From Pseudomonadota bacterium (GTDB lineage Bacteria > Pseudomonadota > Gammaproteobacteria > Steroidobacterales > Steroidobacteraceae), in assembly GCA_021798335.1 (NCBI GenBank), contig JAJZMI010000050.1, positions 1,273 to 65,272 of the forward strand: DNA of 64,000 nucleotides. The letters are read 5' to 3'. The notes under the pieces are model-generated. The model saw only the letters and a program-made list of their open reading frames with translations. It had not been told where the DNA came from and ran no database searches. The translations under genes and the position numbers were made by a program. This document shows positions 62,371 to 64,000 of this stretch, piece by piece; within the stretch, counting starts at the first letter, position 1, and each line of letters starts with the position of its first letter.

Positions 62371-62395
62371 GTCGGGTCGGGTCGGGTCGGGTCGC
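62371..62395. repeat. Pentanucleotide tandem repeat (GTCGG)x4 + GTCGC
   Basis: The sequence reads directly GTCGGGTCGGGTCGGGTCGGGTCGC, in the intergenic region between two minus-strand genes. Confidence 0.9.
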
Positions 62396-62427
62396 GGCCT
62401 GCGCCGCGCCCCAGGCTCACCCGCCGG

Positions 62428-63096
62428 TTATTTCTTGACCTCCCACTTGAACAAGGGACGCGGAACGGTATGCAGCCCAGGCCGCAAGCGGCTGAAGTAG
62501 GCGGCAATGATGCGGATGTCGGTCGCGCTCAGCGAGGCAGCCATCGCATTCATGATGGGGTTCTTGCGATAGCCGGTCTGGTACTCGTGCAGGGCCCGGA
62601 TCAGGTAGCTTTCGTGTTGGCCCGCCAGCGTCGGGTACATCGGCGAGACCCCGATGCCGTTGCTGCCGTGACAAGAGGCGCAGACCGCGGCCTGCGGCGG
62701 CACACGGGCAGCCGGAACAGGCCCGGCCTTCACCGGCTTGCCGGCGAGGTATGCGGCCACGTCGCGCATCTGCCGGGGATCGAGCGAGAGCGCCTGCAGA
62801 TGCATCGTCGGATAGGCGCGTGCGCCGCTGCGATATTCCTTCAGCGCATCGTACAGATATTGGGCCGACTGGCCGCGCAGCCGAGGTACATTGTAATCGG
62901 GATAGGCGTTGCGATATCCCTTGATCCCATGACAGCCAAGACAGGTGTAACCGATAATCCTGCCTTCACGGACGTTACCGAGCGGCGGCTGAGTAGCCGT
63001 GGCCGACGCGGCGAGAACTCCGCATGAGAGCGCGACGACCGCCGCAGCGAGACGCACGCCCGAACGCACAGGTAGACGCAGCCAAAGTTCCGACAT
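62428..63096 (-). CDS. Dihaem cytochrome c4-like protein
   Basis: ATG at 63096 (MSELWLRL...) with a signal peptide and two CXXCH sites (CLGCH, CASCH). The track ORF start at 63579 is an unsupported extension. Confidence 0.85.
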   Translation of the reverse strand: MSELWLRLPVRSGVRLAAAVVALSCGVLAASATATQPPLGNVREGRIIGYTCLGCHGIKGYRNAYPDYNVPRLRGQSAQYLYDALKEYRSGARAYPTMHLQALSLDPRQMRDVAAYLAGKPVKAGPVPAARVPPQAAVCASCHGSNGIGVSPMYPTLAGQHESYLIRALHEYQTGYRKNPIMNAMAASLSATDIRIIAAYFSRLRPGLHTVPRPLFKWEVKK

Positions 63097-63195
63097 CGCG
63101 ACCTCCGGCCAAGTGCGCAAACTAGTCTCCAATCTTATCGGACCGGCCGGCTCGGACGCCAGCAGAGCGAGGTTCCGGCCGACCCGAGCCGCGCC

Positions 63196-63633
63196 ATGAT
63201 CGGACTCATTCAGCGTGTGACGTGCGCGCACGTGAGCGCCGAGGGACGCCCGCTCGGGGCAATCGGGCCGGGTATGCTGGCCTTGATCGGGGTAAAGCGG
63301 GCAGACGAGCGCCGCGACGCCGACCGGCTTCTCGAGCGGCTGCTGGGCTATCGCATCTTCGCCGACGAGAACCGGCGGATGAACCGCTCGCTGGCCGAGA
63401 CCGGCGGGGGGCTGCTGCTGGTACCGCAGTTCACGCTGGCCGCCGATACCGCCCGCGGCAGCCGGGCGGGGTTCAGCACGGCGGCCCCACCGGAGCAGGC
63501 GAAAATGCTGTTCGAGTATTTGCTGGAGCGTGCCCGGGCGCGGCATGCCCCCGTAGCCACCGGCGAGTTCGGCGCGCACATGCAGATAATGCTGGTCAAT
63601 GACGGGCCGGTCACGTTCTGGCTCGACACCTGA
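63196..63633 (+). CDS. dtd: D-aminoacyl-tRNA deacylase
   Basis: 145 aa. MIGLIQRVTCAHV...LLLVPQFTLAADT..G.RAGFS...VNDGPVTFWLD. Confidence 0.93.
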   Translation: MIGLIQRVTCAHVSAEGRPLGAIGPGMLALIGVKRADERRDADRLLERLLGYRIFADENRRMNRSLAETGGGLLLVPQFTLAADTARGSRAGFSTAAPPEQAKMLFEYLLERARARHAPVATGEFGAHMQIMLVNDGPVTFWLDT

Positions 63634-63759
63634 GCCGGTGGAAACATCCGGGTTTTCCCTTACCCAGCGGGGCCAAACTTTCTCGGCCCGCCGGGCCCAA
63701 TTGGCCTATCATCGGCACTTGGTGTTCTTCCATGTTCGAGTAAACGGAGTCCAGAGCTT

Positions 63760-64000
63760 ATGGATTTCGATTTCAAGACCCTGCTGGTGATCCTGGTCGT
63801 AGTCCTCATCATCTTCGGTGGCAAGAAATTGCGCAGCATCGGCGATGACCTTGGACATGCTGTGCGGGGCTTCAAGAAAGCGATGAATGAGGGCGAAAAG
63901 GACGAGACCGACGCCGCAGCCGGATCCCGGCAGATTCGCTCTGAAGGTACCGACGCCGAGTTTTCCGAGACGAAGACGAGCAGCCAGGCCTCCAAGACCG
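63760..64000 (+). CDS. tatA: Twin-arginine translocase TatA/E (3' end beyond the window)
   Basis: ATG at 63760 with GGAG upstream. It reads MDFDFKTLLVILVVVLIIFGGKKLRSIGDDLGHAVRGFKKAMNEGE... There is no stop before the window end, so it is absent from the ORF track. Confidence 0.85.
   Translation, partial: MDFDFKTLLVILVVVLIIFGGKKLRSIGDDLGHAVRGFKKAMNEGEKDETDAAAGSRQIRSEGTDAEFSETKTSSQASKT

Overview
High-GC proteobacterial chromosome segment (about 60-68% GC in hand-counted 60-nt lines), in three zones. All calls come from reading the translated ORFs and the DNA by eye; no database search was run.

(1) 1-17.2 kb holds stress and signalling genes. These are a DPP-IV-like S9 peptidase, an AI-2E transporter, a cytochrome P460-like protein, a ferritin-like protein, OsmC, a Crp/Fnr regulator, a PAS protein, a CheB-CheR-PAS fusion, zwf preceded by a gnd 3' remnant, and a PAS-GAF hybrid histidine kinase. 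A decayed IS630 copy interrupts this zone.

(2) 17.2-39.2 kb is an accessory island. It ends exactly 25 bp downstream of the glmS stop codon with a Tn7-like right end (three tandem 20-bp TnsB-type sites plus a ...CCACA terminus). It contains mobile-element debris: an IS4-like pseudogene, a group II intron remnant split by IS110, IS3, IS1380 and IS701 remnants, and a tyrosine-recombinase fragment. It also contains a P-type ATPase, one intact IS630, a hipBA module and a second, internal Tn7-like right end.

The most interesting part of the island is a WYL-regulator-led cassette of four genes: the WYL regulator, a DUF2779-type Cas4-like nuclease plus exonuclease, a 420-aa protein with an HslV/proteasome-beta-like Thr1-Asp17-Lys34 signature, and a low-GC PD-(D/E)xK protein. 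A divergent two-gene module of unknown function sits next to it. I saw no tnsABCD/tniQ genes, CRISPR arrays, tRNA genes or rRNA genes.

(3) 39.2-64 kb is conserved origin-proximal backbone: glmS, a CHAD gene, glmU, atpCDGAHFEBI, parBA, leucine dehydrogenase plus Lrp, rsmG, an OmpR/HK pair, an S9 homologue with a degenerate catalytic triad, an MBL hydrolase, a DegQ-like protease, a cytochrome c4-like protein, dtd and tatA.
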